This document shows positions 37,220 through 50,836 of a stretch of DNA of 64,000 bases, in pieces. Position numbers and translations under genes: made by a program. Each line of letters opens with the position of its first letter. Within the stretch, counting starts at the first letter, position 1. The notes beneath the pieces were generated by a model. That model ran no database searches, was not told where the DNA came from, and saw only the letters and a program-made list of their open reading frames with translations. This DNA is from Octopus sinensis (Eukaryota), in contig NC_042997.1 in assembly GCF_006345805.1 (NCBI RefSeq), positions 26,846,001-26,910,000 of the forward strand. Direction: 5' to 3'.

Positions 37220-38011
37220 GTAAGGCAATGGAGGGCAGAAACGATGACGCACAAAGAAAATGCTTAGCAATATTTAGTTAAGTCCCTTTAAATGCTAGCT
37301 TGAAATGTTGATGGCCTTGTGCGAAAATGTGAAATCAACATTTCGAGGGCAGAGACAGAAATGATATACTGTTGAATGAGGTTCGTGTTGAAGAATTTTG
37401 TTGGTGAAGTTCGTGGTGAAGATGAAGCAGTTTTGGTTGTGTGGTTAACAAGTTATTGGTGTGTAGTTTCATGGTTAACATGGTTCTAAATTTGATCCCT
37501 CTGCACAACACCTTGAATAAATGTTTTCCTCCATATACTGTTCCTGATCAGTAATTTATACGGAAAACCGTGATAAAACACACATACATGGTATTTTAGG
37601 GACAAAGTGTAGACACATATTCAATGATACTATCTAATTATCATCCGAAGCCCTAAAAAGGACGTGGGAATTACCATTCCTCCTGAAAGATAAAGGAAAA
37701 CCTGCGAGTAAATCATCATTTGAATTGTGCCATAGGAAGAGAAATGCTTCTTCAATGCATTTTTGTTTTTCTTTTGTTGCTTCTGACTTTTTCAAATTCA
37801 ACACGAGAAGATTGATACATTTTAATTCATGCCTTATCCTTATCGACGTCGACCTTTTGATACTTTTACTATCAGTTACATCCTCGAATCTAGCATTGGT
37901 AATAGTATATATACGTCTTTCAAAATATGGTTGGAATTTATGCTTAAATTTCATACGGTTCCTTTCCTTATTTCTATAAAAAAAGTATAAACGATCCTAT
38001 TTAAGCATTAT

Positions 38012-38395
38012 GGTGGAAGCACTCCGTCGGATACGACGATGAGGGTTCCGGTTGATCCGATCAACGGAACAGCCTGCTCGTAAAATTAACATGTAAGTGG
38101 CTGAGCACTCCACAGACACGTGTACCCTTAACGCAGTTCTCGGGGATATTCAGCGTGACACAGAGAGTGACAAGGCCGGCCCTTTGAAATACAGGTACAA
38201 CAGAAACAGGAAGTAAGAGTGAGAGAAAGTTGTGGTGAAAGAGTACAGCAGGGATCACCACCATCCCCTGCCGGAGCCTCGTGGAGCCTTAGGTGTTTTC
38301 GCTCAATAAACACTCACAACGCCCGGTCTGGGAATCGAAACCGCGATCCTACGACCGCGAGTCCGCTGCCCTAACCACTGGGCCAATGCGCCTCC
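38012..38395 (-). mobile_element. SINE family A with TSD
   Basis: 11-bp TSD ttaagcattat (38001-38011, 38396-38406). Confidence 0.9.
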
Positions 38396-38979
38396 TTAAG
38401 CATTATATTCATCTTACAACAGTATATTTAACCATGCTAGAGGATATTCATTTGCGGACTGTATGAATGAAATGGCTTATTCTATAGCTAACTCCATCCA
38501 ATTTGGAAAATGAAGTAAAAATCTATATAGAATGCCTTTAAATGACACCAGAGAAAAAAAGATAACAGGAAACGACCCACTGGACATTAACACAAAGCAG
38601 AAACATAACTGCAGAACAAAATTTAATTTAAAGAAATTGAGAAGTATCCTTTGTCAGCTGCCTAACGTATGTTATCTTGATTTTGACTCCCAGTTATTAT
38701 ATTAATGATATTGAATATATTTTCTTGTCAGAGTAAATGAAATTTAGAACAGATAATTCATAGAACTCAAGTTCAGAACTAGTACCAGCATTTTATTTAA
38801 CTTCAGCGAAGAGAACCAAACTCTACGTTTGTCAGTTTTTTCACATATGTTAATAGATAGCAAATGGCAGCGCACTTGAAAAACCGGTTTACTATCTTCG
38901 ACTAGGAAGTTAGATGTATGCATTATATATATATATATGGGTGCGTACATGTGTGTGTGTGGTGTGTATTCATGTGCCA

Positions 38980-39180
38980 TGTTGGACCGCTGAACTCTTT
39001 ACCATTTTACTTTTAATTCTCTATTTATTTTCTCTTATTCCGTTTCTATTGAAGATCGTAGGCTCGAAACGTAAAGGACTTTTTCATTTTTCCCAAGCGT
39101 AAAACTAATACACTTGCTTGTTGTTCATACACCTGTCTTCGTCTTTTGTTTATCTATAAATTTCAACTATGCATGTATGT
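38980..39180 (+). mobile_element. Repeat F1 copy, degenerate hammerhead core
   Basis: gttt-ctattga-agatcgtaggctc-gaaa-cgta-aagg at 39042-39077. Confidence 0.55.
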
Positions 39181-40534
39181 TTGAATATGAAAGTAAAAAG
39201 ACGTTTTTCTTCAGGAAGTAATTCGCAACATTTAATATTTTATAACACACTTTTGCAATATATTATGGATTGTAAGTTAAAATATATTACACGGAACATT
39301 TGAAATTGATGAAAAGTTATTTAATAAGGTACATAAAAAGCCTAAACAATCAAGGAATAATGAAAGTAGTATGTAATGAATGTAGATAAAAACGGTTTAA
39401 AGTGAACGGAAATTTAATAAAAAAAGAAAGATGGGAAAGAAATAAAATTCATTAAAAAGAAACGAAAAGAAATGAAACTGAACGAAACAATGTGGAAATT
39501 GCAAGAATAAAATAATAAAGGAATATGTACAGAATATATTTTTGAGGGAAAAGGTAAATGTATAAAGTTAATAAGGAATTATGTAAATGTATAAAGAAAA
39601 GTCAAGACAAAAGTTGTCTGAAACAGGAGCATGATAAAGAGACTAGAAAGAACAAAATAGTAAAAATAGGTAATAATGAAAGAATACCTACAAATCTACA
39701 CATAACAAACACACAGAGGAACATACAGATACACACATACATATATGTATGCATGTGCATGTATGTGTAATATATATGTGTGTGTGTGTGAGTGTGTGTG
39801 TGTGTGTGTGTGAGGCTGAGTGTATGTATTATATGTATATAGATCAAGATAAAGGGTGTGGCCATGCCAGTAATCTGAGAGAGGAATGAATGAACAGGTG
39901 CAAATTTGTATCATAAATGTATTTGGTTGTTACAGGTGCATCAACTTTGTGAAACCAGGAGGGAATGGCAATGAGTTAACAGGAAGTATACTCAATGGGG
40001 AAGCTTATTTATAAACTACTCTACATTTCTTGCTAAAAATATTTGACGCACAAGCACACGACACAATCACAACATTATACACACACACGGGCGCACACCC
40101 ACCGACCCACACGTGTATAGAAACACGCATACGTACATATACAAACACCGCTGCGTACAGTACACATAGTCAGCTGTTCATTGGCGTACAAGCTCAGATA
40201 ATTTCATACACATTGAGATATGCATTCATACACGCACACAACACATTTAAATACAAATGACTTCCCAGTTTAACACATTCACATACTGACAACTATATGT
40301 CATTCCCTTCATAAGAGCTATATTGCCGTTTTTGTTCTTGCTGCTTTGGGTTACGGCTAATTCCATAGGGAATTAAGTCAATTCAATCATATTCCTTATG
40401 ACCATTCATTTTTCAAAGAAAGAAACTCCAGCATATCCTTGAAATTGTAAACACAAGACGCCATACGGCTATCCATTTATTTCCTTGTTTTTCTCTGATT
40501 CTTTTGGTGGGGTTGGGGCTTTTATCTTTTGTTT

Positions 40535-40720
40535 CAGACATTAGACTGTGGCCATGCTGTGGTAGCGCATTGAGGAATTTTAGTCGAACGAATTAACCCA
40601 AATACTTAGTTTTTTAAAGCTAAGTATCGGTCTATTTTTAAAGAACCGCTAAGTTACGAGTACGTTAACAGACCAACACCGGATGTCAAGCAGTGGCAGG
40701 AATAATCACAGGCGCAAAGA
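40535..40720 (-). mobile_element. SINE family B 3' part, degenerate (a possible matching head lies at 41455-41590)
   Basis: gactgtggccatgctg..gaaccgctaagttacg remnants. Confidence 0.6.
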
Positions 40721-40797
40721 CACGCGCACACACACTCACACACACGCACTTACACACACGTGTATGTATATATATATATATATATACATATATACAC

Positions 40798-40829
<32 letters not shown>

Positions 40830-40984
40830 GTAATATACTTTTTAGAGATAGAATTATCTCTCTATAGAGGGCAAATTGAAGTCCTCCGAGTATTTGAGCC
40901 ATAAAAAACCAGGAGAAATAATGAAGAGACAAAAGATATGTTACTAAAATAGGTTACCTATCTTTTGTCTCTCGCCATCATTCT

Positions 40985-41225
<241 letters not shown>

Positions 41226-41384
41226 TAATTTACTCTGCTATGTATTGAGTACCTTATTAACTGTGGTTAACCCCGACTCAACCCGGGACCTACATATATT
41301 ATATATATATATATTTATATGTATATATGTATGTATGTATGTATGTATATGTATGTATGTATATATATTATATATATATATAAT

Positions 41385-41440
<56 letters not shown>

Positions 41441-42877
41441 ATATGATAGCCTTCTTTTAGCTTCTGTCTACTAAATCCAGTCCAGTCACAATGCATTGGT
41501 CGGTCCAAGGTGCTATCAAGGTGCTATGCATTGAGACTGAGCCACATGTGTGGTTGGGAAGCAACGTTCTAATTTCATAGCCACGCCTTCCTGATTATAC
41601 CTTTCTTACATTGATTTTTTTCTATCTCTCTGTGTACCCAGAGACGCACACATACACACCTATATGTGTTTATACATGTGGAATTTTGTACGCACACATA
41701 CATATATAGATATAAACGATGCACTGATACGTATATTTATCTATGAAATACAAGTATTGCTGTTAAAATTTTCTGTTCAACGAAGACTTATTCTTTGGAT
41801 GATTTCTTTTTTCAGCATTCTTGGCACAGATATCACTTAATTACTCCATGCTTATTGATGTATTCTTTAGTTAGTTCAGGTGAGTTACGGAAACAATCTT
41901 TTAATTTCAAGAATTTTACAATGGCTTTACACGGGTGTTTTATTCCATTATAGCAGGCAAGAAGCGTTCTTTTATTATTAACGTTTAGCCAATCCAAATA
42001 TTAATTCCTAAATAGACTATTACCACTTTAGTTATGTTTGAATTTTCTAGACTGTTTGTTTCATTAAAGATTATGCTCATCAAATTTAATTATGTATTAA
42101 CTTTCGATTAATAACTTTAATGAAATCCGGGTTTTCACTTCCTCTGCACCGTCACAGAAATATTGAAAGATATTATAATTCTTGACTAGAAACCAATGAA
42201 ATAAGCGACGCAAATCTAAATGCATTTTGTGAAATAAACGAGAGTTTAGTCTTCCAAAATTAAGATGAATTATTTTGTTAGTTTTATGAAAAGTCTAAAT
42301 ATATAATTTCTACTTGTGTCAGCAAAATCAGAAAATTCTTCCTCCGATTAGCTAATCAAAACCAGTACGCGCACTCACTTACACACATACACATTCAAAC
42401 ACACATACACACTCACTCACACACACACACACAGAGAATCCTTTTCATCGATAGTATAATAGGAGCAATTTTGCGCACAAGAGCAACATTCTTATTAGCT
42501 ATTAAGATCAAAACGTCCATTAGCTAATAGAAGTAATACGCCTATTAGTTAATAGAAGTAAAACTATTATTACTGGAAATATTGCGATGATTCTGTCGAG
42601 ACGTAGACGATATGATTAAGCTGAATTCAAATAATAATAACTCATTACTGAACGCACAGCTCAAAATACACACAGATTTCTATTTCAAAACAAGGTTTTC
42701 TAGACAAATGTACATAAGAGTTGGTGAAAAATTCGGTAAAGATGGGATTAGAGAGAAAATTAAGAAAACATTTTCGAGATATCAGCAAATTCAGTCGATG
42801 CTGTCAATGGGGTATATGTGTATGTGAAAAGTTGACATTATTACAGGATAGAGTTGATATACATATACATGTATTTA

Positions 42878-43107
42878 AGGCGGCAAGCTGGCAGAAACGT
42901 TAGCACGCCGGGCGAAATGCGTCGCCGTATTTCGTCTGCCGTTACGTTCTGAGTTCAAATTCCGCCGAGGTCGACTTTGCCTTTCATCCTTTCGGGGTCG
43001 GTAAATTAAGTACCAGTTACGCACGGGAGTCGTTTTAATCCATTTGTCTGTCCTTGTTTGTCCTCTCTATGTTTAACCCCTTGTGGGTAATAAAGAAATA
43101 GATAAAA
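42878..43107 (+). mobile_element. SINE family C with TSD
   Basis: 15-bp TSD atatacatgtattta (42863-42877, 43108-43122). Confidence 0.9.
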
Positions 43108-43681
43108 ATATACATGTATTTACACATGCATGCGTACATATCTATCTGTAAGTATCTATCTTGCTATCTAGATCCTCCCCTTTCTATCTCTCTTACTCAC
43201 TCTATCTCTCACTGGACACACATACGCATAATCGTGTGGGGATAAGAGGGTGATAACCGATTTATTTGCTTTCGTTGATAGCTATTGGAGTGCAAGAAGC
43301 AATATATTTAAGAATAATAATGTGACAATCTTCAAAGATAATGTCCACAAACGACTCAGGAAATCAATCATTTAAATCATGCTATTGTATATTGTTTCAA
43401 GATAATACTGAGATCATTATTACTCTGCTAATTTCATATATTTCTACTGATATGGAAATGATAGATATCCATTTAGCATAATGGAGTTATTGGGAGCTAA
43501 TTATGTTTTCGAGATTAAAAATAAATACTTTCACGCGAGGCTGTAGTAAAAATAACATTAATCTTTCGTCTCTGACTGCTACGCTGTCTGCCTGAAAACA
43601 CCTATACGTATTCCGTATATATGCAGTTTCTATGCATTCATGTATGTATATACGTTCATTTAGTTACATTTTCAGTATTTT

Positions 43682-43912
43682 GAGGCGGCGAACTGGCAGA
43701 AACGTAAACGCGCCGGGCGAAATGCTTAGCGGTATTTCGTCTGTATTTACGTTCCGAGTTCAAATTCCACCGAGGTCGACTTTGCCTTTCATCCTCTCGG
43801 GATCGATAAATAAAGTACCAGTTTCGCACTGGGTCGATGTAATCGACTTAATCCGTTTGTCTGTCCTTGTTTGTCCCCTCTGTGTTTAGCCCCTTGTGGG
43901 TAGTAAATAAAT
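43682..43912 (+). mobile_element. SINE family C
   Basis: Match to C consensus. Confidence 0.9.
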
Positions 43913-44044
43913 ATATATTTTCAGAATTTCCGACGAAGAGTAAAAGATTTTCTTTCTATCCCAGGAGTAAATGATGGGGAATATTAAACTAGTATACTTT
44001 CTGTTGATGTTTGTGTATGCATTCAATATTAAGGGGATTCTCTA

Positions 44045-45045
44045 TATTTAGTCCAGGGCAGTCTGTTTCCCGAATGGCATTGTATATCGTTTTTGTGACC
44101 ACGTCGCGTCATATCGGGAGGTAGTACTTTGATGACATTTTTGGATAGCTGCTAAACACAAGGGTGATGTGTTAGCACATCGCACAGATATATGACATAA
44201 TGTGTCCTGTCCTTGGATTGCAAATGCATATTCTTCGAAGTGTGCTGTGATGTAGCGGCCACATGTCCAAGAGAGGTTTCTTTTCATGCCGATATCACTG
44301 TCTCCTTCATGGGCGGCAGAATCATGAGCATGTCGGACAATTGCTTAGCGGTATTTTGTCTGCTGTTGTCTGCCGTTGCGTTGTGATTTCAAATTCCGCC
44401 GAGGTCGACTTTGCCTTTCATCCTTTAGGGGTCAATAAATTAAGTACCAGTGACGCACTGGGGTCGATGTAATCGACTTAATACTTATGTCTGTCCTTGC
44501 TTGTCCCCTCTATGTTTAGCCCCTTGTGGGCAATAATGAAATAGCTGCACGTTCGGAGTTCCCATTCCACCGGGGTCGAATTTGCTTTTCATCCTCTCGA
44601 GGTCGATAAAATGAGTACCAGTTGAAAATTTCAGGCTTTATGCTTATAATAGAAATAGTATTACTGTTCAATTATTCGGGAAACATACCCATACATGGTT
44701 CTTTGTTATTACGCTGAGCGTTTCACATTTAGGTGTTCGTGGAAGTATCTTAGTTCGGCTGTTTTGTGATTGTATGGGAGCTCATCAGGAAGAGAATGCT
44801 CCTTGAGGAGCTCACTGAGGATGTTGTTCTCTTCTCTTATCAGCACTAAGTTAATGTATTTATTTTTGCTGCTTTTGTTTAGCAAGTGCTATCTGAAAGA
44901 GATTATACGACATTCAAAGGCTGTCTGCACTAATCTCAAGTCTCTGCCGCATTTATCTCCCATTATGTGGATATCACTATTTCAGAGATTTGCAGTTGAA
45001 GTCAGTATCTTGCGGGTTTAACGTCTATGGAGTGTATGTCTCCTA
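44045..45045 (-). pseudogene. R4/Dong-like LINE fragment (thumb/linker + CCHC), split by SINE C insertions at 44318-44650
   Basis: TRKILTSTAN..NSDI..GRDLRLVQTAFECRIIS..HLLN (44690-45045) continues as ITAHFEEYAFAIQGQD..C..C..ITLVFSSYPKMSSKYYLP..RDVVTKTIYNAIR (44045-44300); resembles 1-600. Confidence 0.75.
44318..44650 (+). mobile_element. SINE family C plus partial second copy
   Basis: Match to C consensus. Confidence 0.85.
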
Positions 45046-46770
45046 CAGATCAGTAGTATGTATGTATGTATGTATGTATGTATGTATGTATGTATGTATG
45101 TATGTATGTATGTATGTATGTATTTACGCATGTATGTTTGTATGTATGTATGTATTATGTATGTGTGTGTGTGCATGTATGTTTACCTACATGCATTCTT
45201 ATATATTTATATCTGTGTGATTGTATTTGTGTATGAGCTATGTTTGTTAGCGTACTCAAGGCTTCATAGCAAATTTCAGTTATTGATTTTATCGTCTAAA
45301 TTCTATAAAATGTCAATAATTTAAGCGGAATTTCATATGTAATCAACAACACCACATTTTAATCACGAAAACGTTTGGAAAATATTCGATAAATTAAATA
45401 AAAGCAAAGCAAAACATCGATTTATAGTTGGTATATAGACTGCTTGACTAACGTAAAGTGAGTTTGATGTCCTTAATTATCGTTTAAAAATATAGTCTTA
45501 GCGATATTTTTATGGAAAAAAATAAAAGATCGAAATCAAATTATCTTGTTTGGCGACAGCAAAGCAGTTATTACTGTCAAAGGAATTTGATTTTAATGGC
45601 ATATTTAGTGTAGGAAGGCAGCGCCGTTTGAATGCATCTGTGGCTAGGGGGAAGTTAAGTGAGGAAAGAACCAAACAACTGTCCTGATGATTTCAAGAAC
45701 GTGGAATCTGCCCAAGACGCCCGAAGGCCTGGTTGTACTGTTGTTAAACCCAGGAAGGGAATAGGTCCTAAATTATCTTCAGACTGCAGAACTGGACCGA
45801 AATGATTTCAGCAATTTTGAATAATATTAAATGCAACTAGATATTAAGTTGTCGTGTTAATTTGCGCAGTGTATTAAGTATTCGATCGATAATATCATTG
45901 TTTGCTGTTATTTTCTATAAAGAGATTGTTAATCAACTGAAAATTTATAGAATTTGGAAAGTATAAAGTCACTTGCAACTTGAACTGAAAACATTTCTCT
46001 CGTTTGATTTGGATTCTTACAACGAAATAGTAATATACTGATCATTCAGTTCATTTCTAAAGCCTAAAGTTAACTTATAACCATGTGTGATTAGTACCAT
46101 AGAAAACTGAATACCAAACAACGATGAATTGTTTACACAGACATGAATGAAATGAAACAAAATTTCTAAGAATAGCCTTGTTATTTGAGATTTATGCGTT
46201 ATTTATATAAATGATAAACTCTATTTCGACATTTTTTGTTTTGTTGACAAATAAACATACAATTGCGCCTTCTGACATCAAAATTGTTTGAATTCTATTT
46301 CAACACTTGTATTTATTAATAAACCTTGTATGAAAGAGGAGCTATTTACGTGAGACCCAGTCTATAAATGTTTTGTTGCAAATAAATGCTCAAATCAATT
46401 ATAATACAAGCTTAAACAGATCGGTTTAAATAGGTTCCTGACACGGACCAATCTAGTCAATTCAGTGCCAGCGTTATTAGAGGCAGCATTAAACCATGAA
46501 CTAAATTTAGATTAGTTTAAACAAAATTATGCGCAGGTGAGTTGATATAGATATCAGCAAACAGGAATTGACACTTTTCGGTTACGAATATTTAGCTTGT
46601 GGTAGGTTCGAAATGAATCTTAAATCCTTGTGTTTGATGAGTGCAACAATTACAATAGTAGATATAGATAAAGAAGAAAAAATGTGTGGAAATAAGAGAA
46701 TATACTGAGGGGAACTTAGTATAGCAAGAAGCACAAAATATGAATTTACTATTCCGTGTCTTTTAGCAAA

Positions 46771-46817
<47 letters not shown>

Positions 46818-47129
46818 CCTCTCTCTCTCATCCATAGCTGATAAACTATTTACCTTTCATGTATTTGTTGAAATAAACAATTATTTCTGGTCCCTTCCGA
46901 AGTATCCTATATGTATAAAGAAAATCGATAGCTAATCGATTCCCAGAAATAAAGGATCATTGTGTGTTACTTTTATTTATAAGCGAGGTCAGTCCTTCAG
47001 CAGCAGACCCATGATCTGAACATTGTCGTCACGTTTGAGTACATCTTTCATCAAAGGCATACCAACTGTGAATATTTGGACTCTTATTCCAATGTCATAT
47101 ATGCACCTATGAGTAAATTATCTTCCTTT

Positions 47130-47342
47130 ATTCTTTTATTCTTTTATTTCTTTCAGTCATTTGACTGTGACCATGCTGGAGCACCGCCTTTTAGACGAAG
47201 AAATCGACCTCGGTACTTATTCTTTGTAAGCCTAGTACTTATTCTAACGGGCTCTTTTGCCGAACTGCTAATGTTAAGGAAACATAACACACTAATATCG
47301 GTTGTCAAGCGATGGTGTGGGGACAAACACAGAGACACACAC

Positions 47343-47400
<58 letters not shown>

Positions 47401-47580
47401 TATATATATGTATGTATACGACGGGCTTCTTTCAGTTTCCGTCTACCAAATCCACTCACAAGGCTTTCGTTGACTCGACGCTGCGGTAGAAGACACCTGC
47501 CCAAGGTGCCACGCAGTGGGACTGAACCTGGAACTATGTGGTTGAGAGGCAAGCTTCTAAACTCAGTCACGCCTATGCCT
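47130..47580 (-). mobile_element. SINE family B
   Basis: Reverse complement of B consensus. Confidence 0.9.
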
Positions 47581-48711
47581 ATATGATTTTTTTTTAAATG
47601 GTCTAGCATGTGATTGGCGATATATTTGGCTGCTATTTCTTGCAGACCCAGACGTGAACTTACGACTGTACTCGTTGGTTTCTCGCATCAAGTAGTATTG
47701 ATAGATGTCGGATTAACGACTTATGTGTCACCAGTTCATCACTTCTCAACTTGTCACTAGCATCATCACTGAGCTGCTTACTTACTGCGCTAGAGATATA
47801 CATTATCTTTCAACAGCCTCCTGTGGAATCTGTGAAAATCATTAGCACGCACGTGGCTGAAAGCTCACTATAAATTATGAGAGCGTCAGATGTGTTCACG
47901 AAGGCTGAAATTTAATTCCACCATAGTTTGTTGATGTTATTGCTCTTATTATTACTGCTGCAGTTGTTTTTATTGCTGCTGCTGCTGCTGCTGTTGCTAT
48001 TTTTGTTGTTGTGGTTGTTGTTGTTGTTGTTGTTCTTCTTGATTTCGGTGTTGTTCTTTTTGGTATCGTTGCTGCTATCTCTGTCGATGTGACTGCAGTT
48101 ATTAAGCCCCCACATTAGTACTCATTTAAATAGCGTGACCAACATGATATATTTACTTGAGTATTGTATCTAGGGCTATATAACCTAATTCAAAAATTCC
48201 TTTTCAAAAATGCAGGTAAGGTGTGATTTGAGATAAATGAAACACGTATTACAAGAAGCATGTATTTCCTTTGTGCTGCTTCGTTAACAAATGGGGAACA
48301 CGTCACGAATTTCTGTAACAGGTGTGCTGCTCACGCTAGATAGTAATCTTCTCAACAAAGCTGCTAGAGCTCGATCGCTAATTTTAAGAAGATAGAAGGT
48401 ATCGATGTGTGGTTACGAAAAACGCATTCTTACCACGTGGTTTCGGGTTCGACTTCGTTACACAATACCTTGGCAGTAGAATGTCATGTGAGTGAATTTA
48501 GGTGTCGGAAACAGTGGAGAGCGCACGTCTCTTGTGTGTGTGTGTGTGTGTGTGTGTGTCTGTCTGTATGCATGTATGCATGTATGCATGTGTGTGTGTA
48601 TGAAACAAGTTTAAAATAATGGTTATTACATATTTTTCCTTTGTTAGCCTGGTATTCCAACATAGAGCTTATGAAGTATTCCGTCCGGATTGATGATCCT
48701 TGACTATTTGT

Positions 48712-48744
<33 letters not shown>

Positions 48745-48746
<2 letters not shown>

Positions 48747-48850
48747 GGGAAGGAGTGGTTGTGTGGAGGTAGCTTGCTTACCAACCACATGTTTCCGGGT
48801 GGCACCTTGGCCAAGTGGATTTGATAGACAGAAATTGAAAGAACCCCGTC

Positions 48851-48852
<2 letters not shown>
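48745..48852 (+). mobile_element. SINE family B head (deleted), followed by (TA)n; an older degenerate B head lies at about 48400-48520
   Basis: ggagtggttgtgtggaggtagcttgcttaccaaccac..gaaagaaccccgtcg. Confidence 0.75.
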
Positions 48853-48892
<40 letters not shown>

Positions 48893-48896
<4 letters not shown>

Positions 48897-49003
48897 CAGC
48901 CGAAATTGCGAAGATGATCCGGTTCTTGACTGAAGATTAAAGGCTTCGAATGACTCGTCAGTGTTTTTTGTATCGTCTTCTGGATGTTTTGCGTTCTTGT
49001 CCC
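48893..49003 (+). repeat. (TA)n-abutting short repeat F3; second copy 53669-53768 (-)
   Basis: cgaagatgatccggttcttgactgaaga..ggcttcgaatg..gtatcgtcttct..gcgttcttgtc, near-identical in both copies. Confidence 0.8.
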
Positions 49004-49049
49004 ATTTATTATGTATGGATTAAAACAGTTTGATTCATGCGTATATATA

Positions 49050-49245
49050 TATATTCAAAATGTAACCACATGTGAATCGTTGGCGATTTCTTTTCCTCCG
49101 TCTATAGGACCTTTCTCTGTTTCTTAAGGAGATCTTAGCTTGAAACATTAAACCATCTTTCTTTCGTTCCCTGAGCATCTGCTAATACCTTACATGTAGC
49201 ATTTCCTTGCGCTGTTTTATTTTGTGTTTGTTATTTTTTTTTTTT
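49050..49245 (+). mobile_element. Repeat F2 copy, degenerate
   Basis: atcgttggcgatttcttttcctc..gttt-cttaagg-agatcttagctt-gaaa-catt-aaac. Confidence 0.55.
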
Positions 49246-49278
49246 GGGGGGGGGGGTAACTATCTATCTATCTATCTG

Positions 49279-49331
<53 letters not shown>

Positions 49332-49345
49332 ATATATATATATAT

Positions 49346-49510
49346 AGGCGCGGAGTGACTGTGTGATAAGTAGCTTGCTCACCAACCACATGCTTCCGGG
49401 TTCAATCCCACTGCGTGGCATCTTGGGCAAGTGTCTTCTACTATAGCCTCGGGCCGACCAAAGCCTTGAGAGTGGATTTGGTGGACGGAAACTCAAAGAA
49501 GCCCGTTGTA
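49346..49510 (+). mobile_element. SINE family B head
   Basis: ggcgcggagtgactgtgtgataagtagcttgc..gaagcccgttg. Confidence 0.85.
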
Positions 49511-49666
49511 TGTATGTGTATATATATATATATATATATATGCTACGTTTATATATATTTGTTTTGCAAGATGTTTGATGTGAAATCGTGCGTTGAAACA
49601 GATATTGTTGTATTTATTTATTGGCTAAACTGACAAAATGACCATTCCTAAATACAACACTATATA

Positions 49667-49730
<64 letters not shown>

Positions 49731-49731
49731 A

Positions 49732-49815
<84 letters not shown>

Positions 49816-50303
49816 TAGAAACAAGAAATATGTAGTTCTTATTCCAATACGTTACAAGTAACGATAAAAACATTGAAGAAACAAAAGAAGCAAGATGACA
49901 TAAATGTATTGCTACCAGATACATCTCCGATGAAATAAAAAAAAAAACAAACTAATTCCCGTTTTTACCCAGACTGTGTTTCAATTACTATGTTCATGTA
50001 TTTCGCAGCACAGATTTTTGCTCTGTACTTTCTTATTTCAGAAATAATGAGCAGCGAGTGTTACTCGATATCATTAAGTGTCTAGTCCGACTGTCTACCG
50101 GATGTGCGAAAATCAGCTGGCCAATGTATGCAGTGTGTGTTTGCATAAATGTATGTGAATGTATACATACCTGTGTTCGCATATATACTGAGATTTGTGC
50201 TCACACAATCAAATAAATACGCACGCGTACACACATACACACGCACGCACCCCCACCATATATACTGGCATGAATGCAGATGTCTACGTATATATGTGTG
50301 TCA

Positions 50304-50355
<52 letters not shown>

Positions 50356-50400
50356 GTATTATTGAAGCTGTCCACATATGTACACGTACCATGAATATAT

Positions 50401-50836
50401 ATTTCTTTATTACCCACAAGGGGCTAAAGATAGAGGGGACAAACAAGGATAAAGTATTAAGTCGATTATATAGACCCCAATGCGTAACTGGTACTTAATT
50501 TATCGACCCCAAAAGGATGACAGGCAAAATCGACCTCGGCGAAATTTGAACTCAGACATAACGGCAGACGAAATACGGCTACGCATTTCGCCCGGCGTGC
50601 TAACGTTTCTTATTTCTTTATTGCCCACAAGGGGCTAAACACAGAGGGAACAGACAAGGACAGACAAACGGATTAAGTCGATTACATCGACGCCAGTGCG
50701 TAATTGATACTTAATTTATCGACCCCGAAACGATGAAAGGCAAAGTCGACCTCGGCGGAATTTGAACTCAGAACGTAACGGCAGACGAAATACGGCTACG
50801 CATCTCGCCCGGCGTGCTTAACGTTTCTGCCAGCTC
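50401..50836 (-). mobile_element. Head-to-tail dimer of SINE family C (junction 50610/50611)
   Basis: Two consecutive C copies, both with the variant aaatacggctacgcat. Confidence 0.9.

Noticed and set aside
44883-45000. Plus-strand exon candidate KCYLKEII..CTNLKSLPHLSP (LRR-cap-like)
   Set aside because: The minus strand is better explained as R4/Dong-like LINE coding sequence
47912-48115. Asn/Ser-rich ORF
   Set aside because: (AAC)n/(AGC)n trinucleotide repeats
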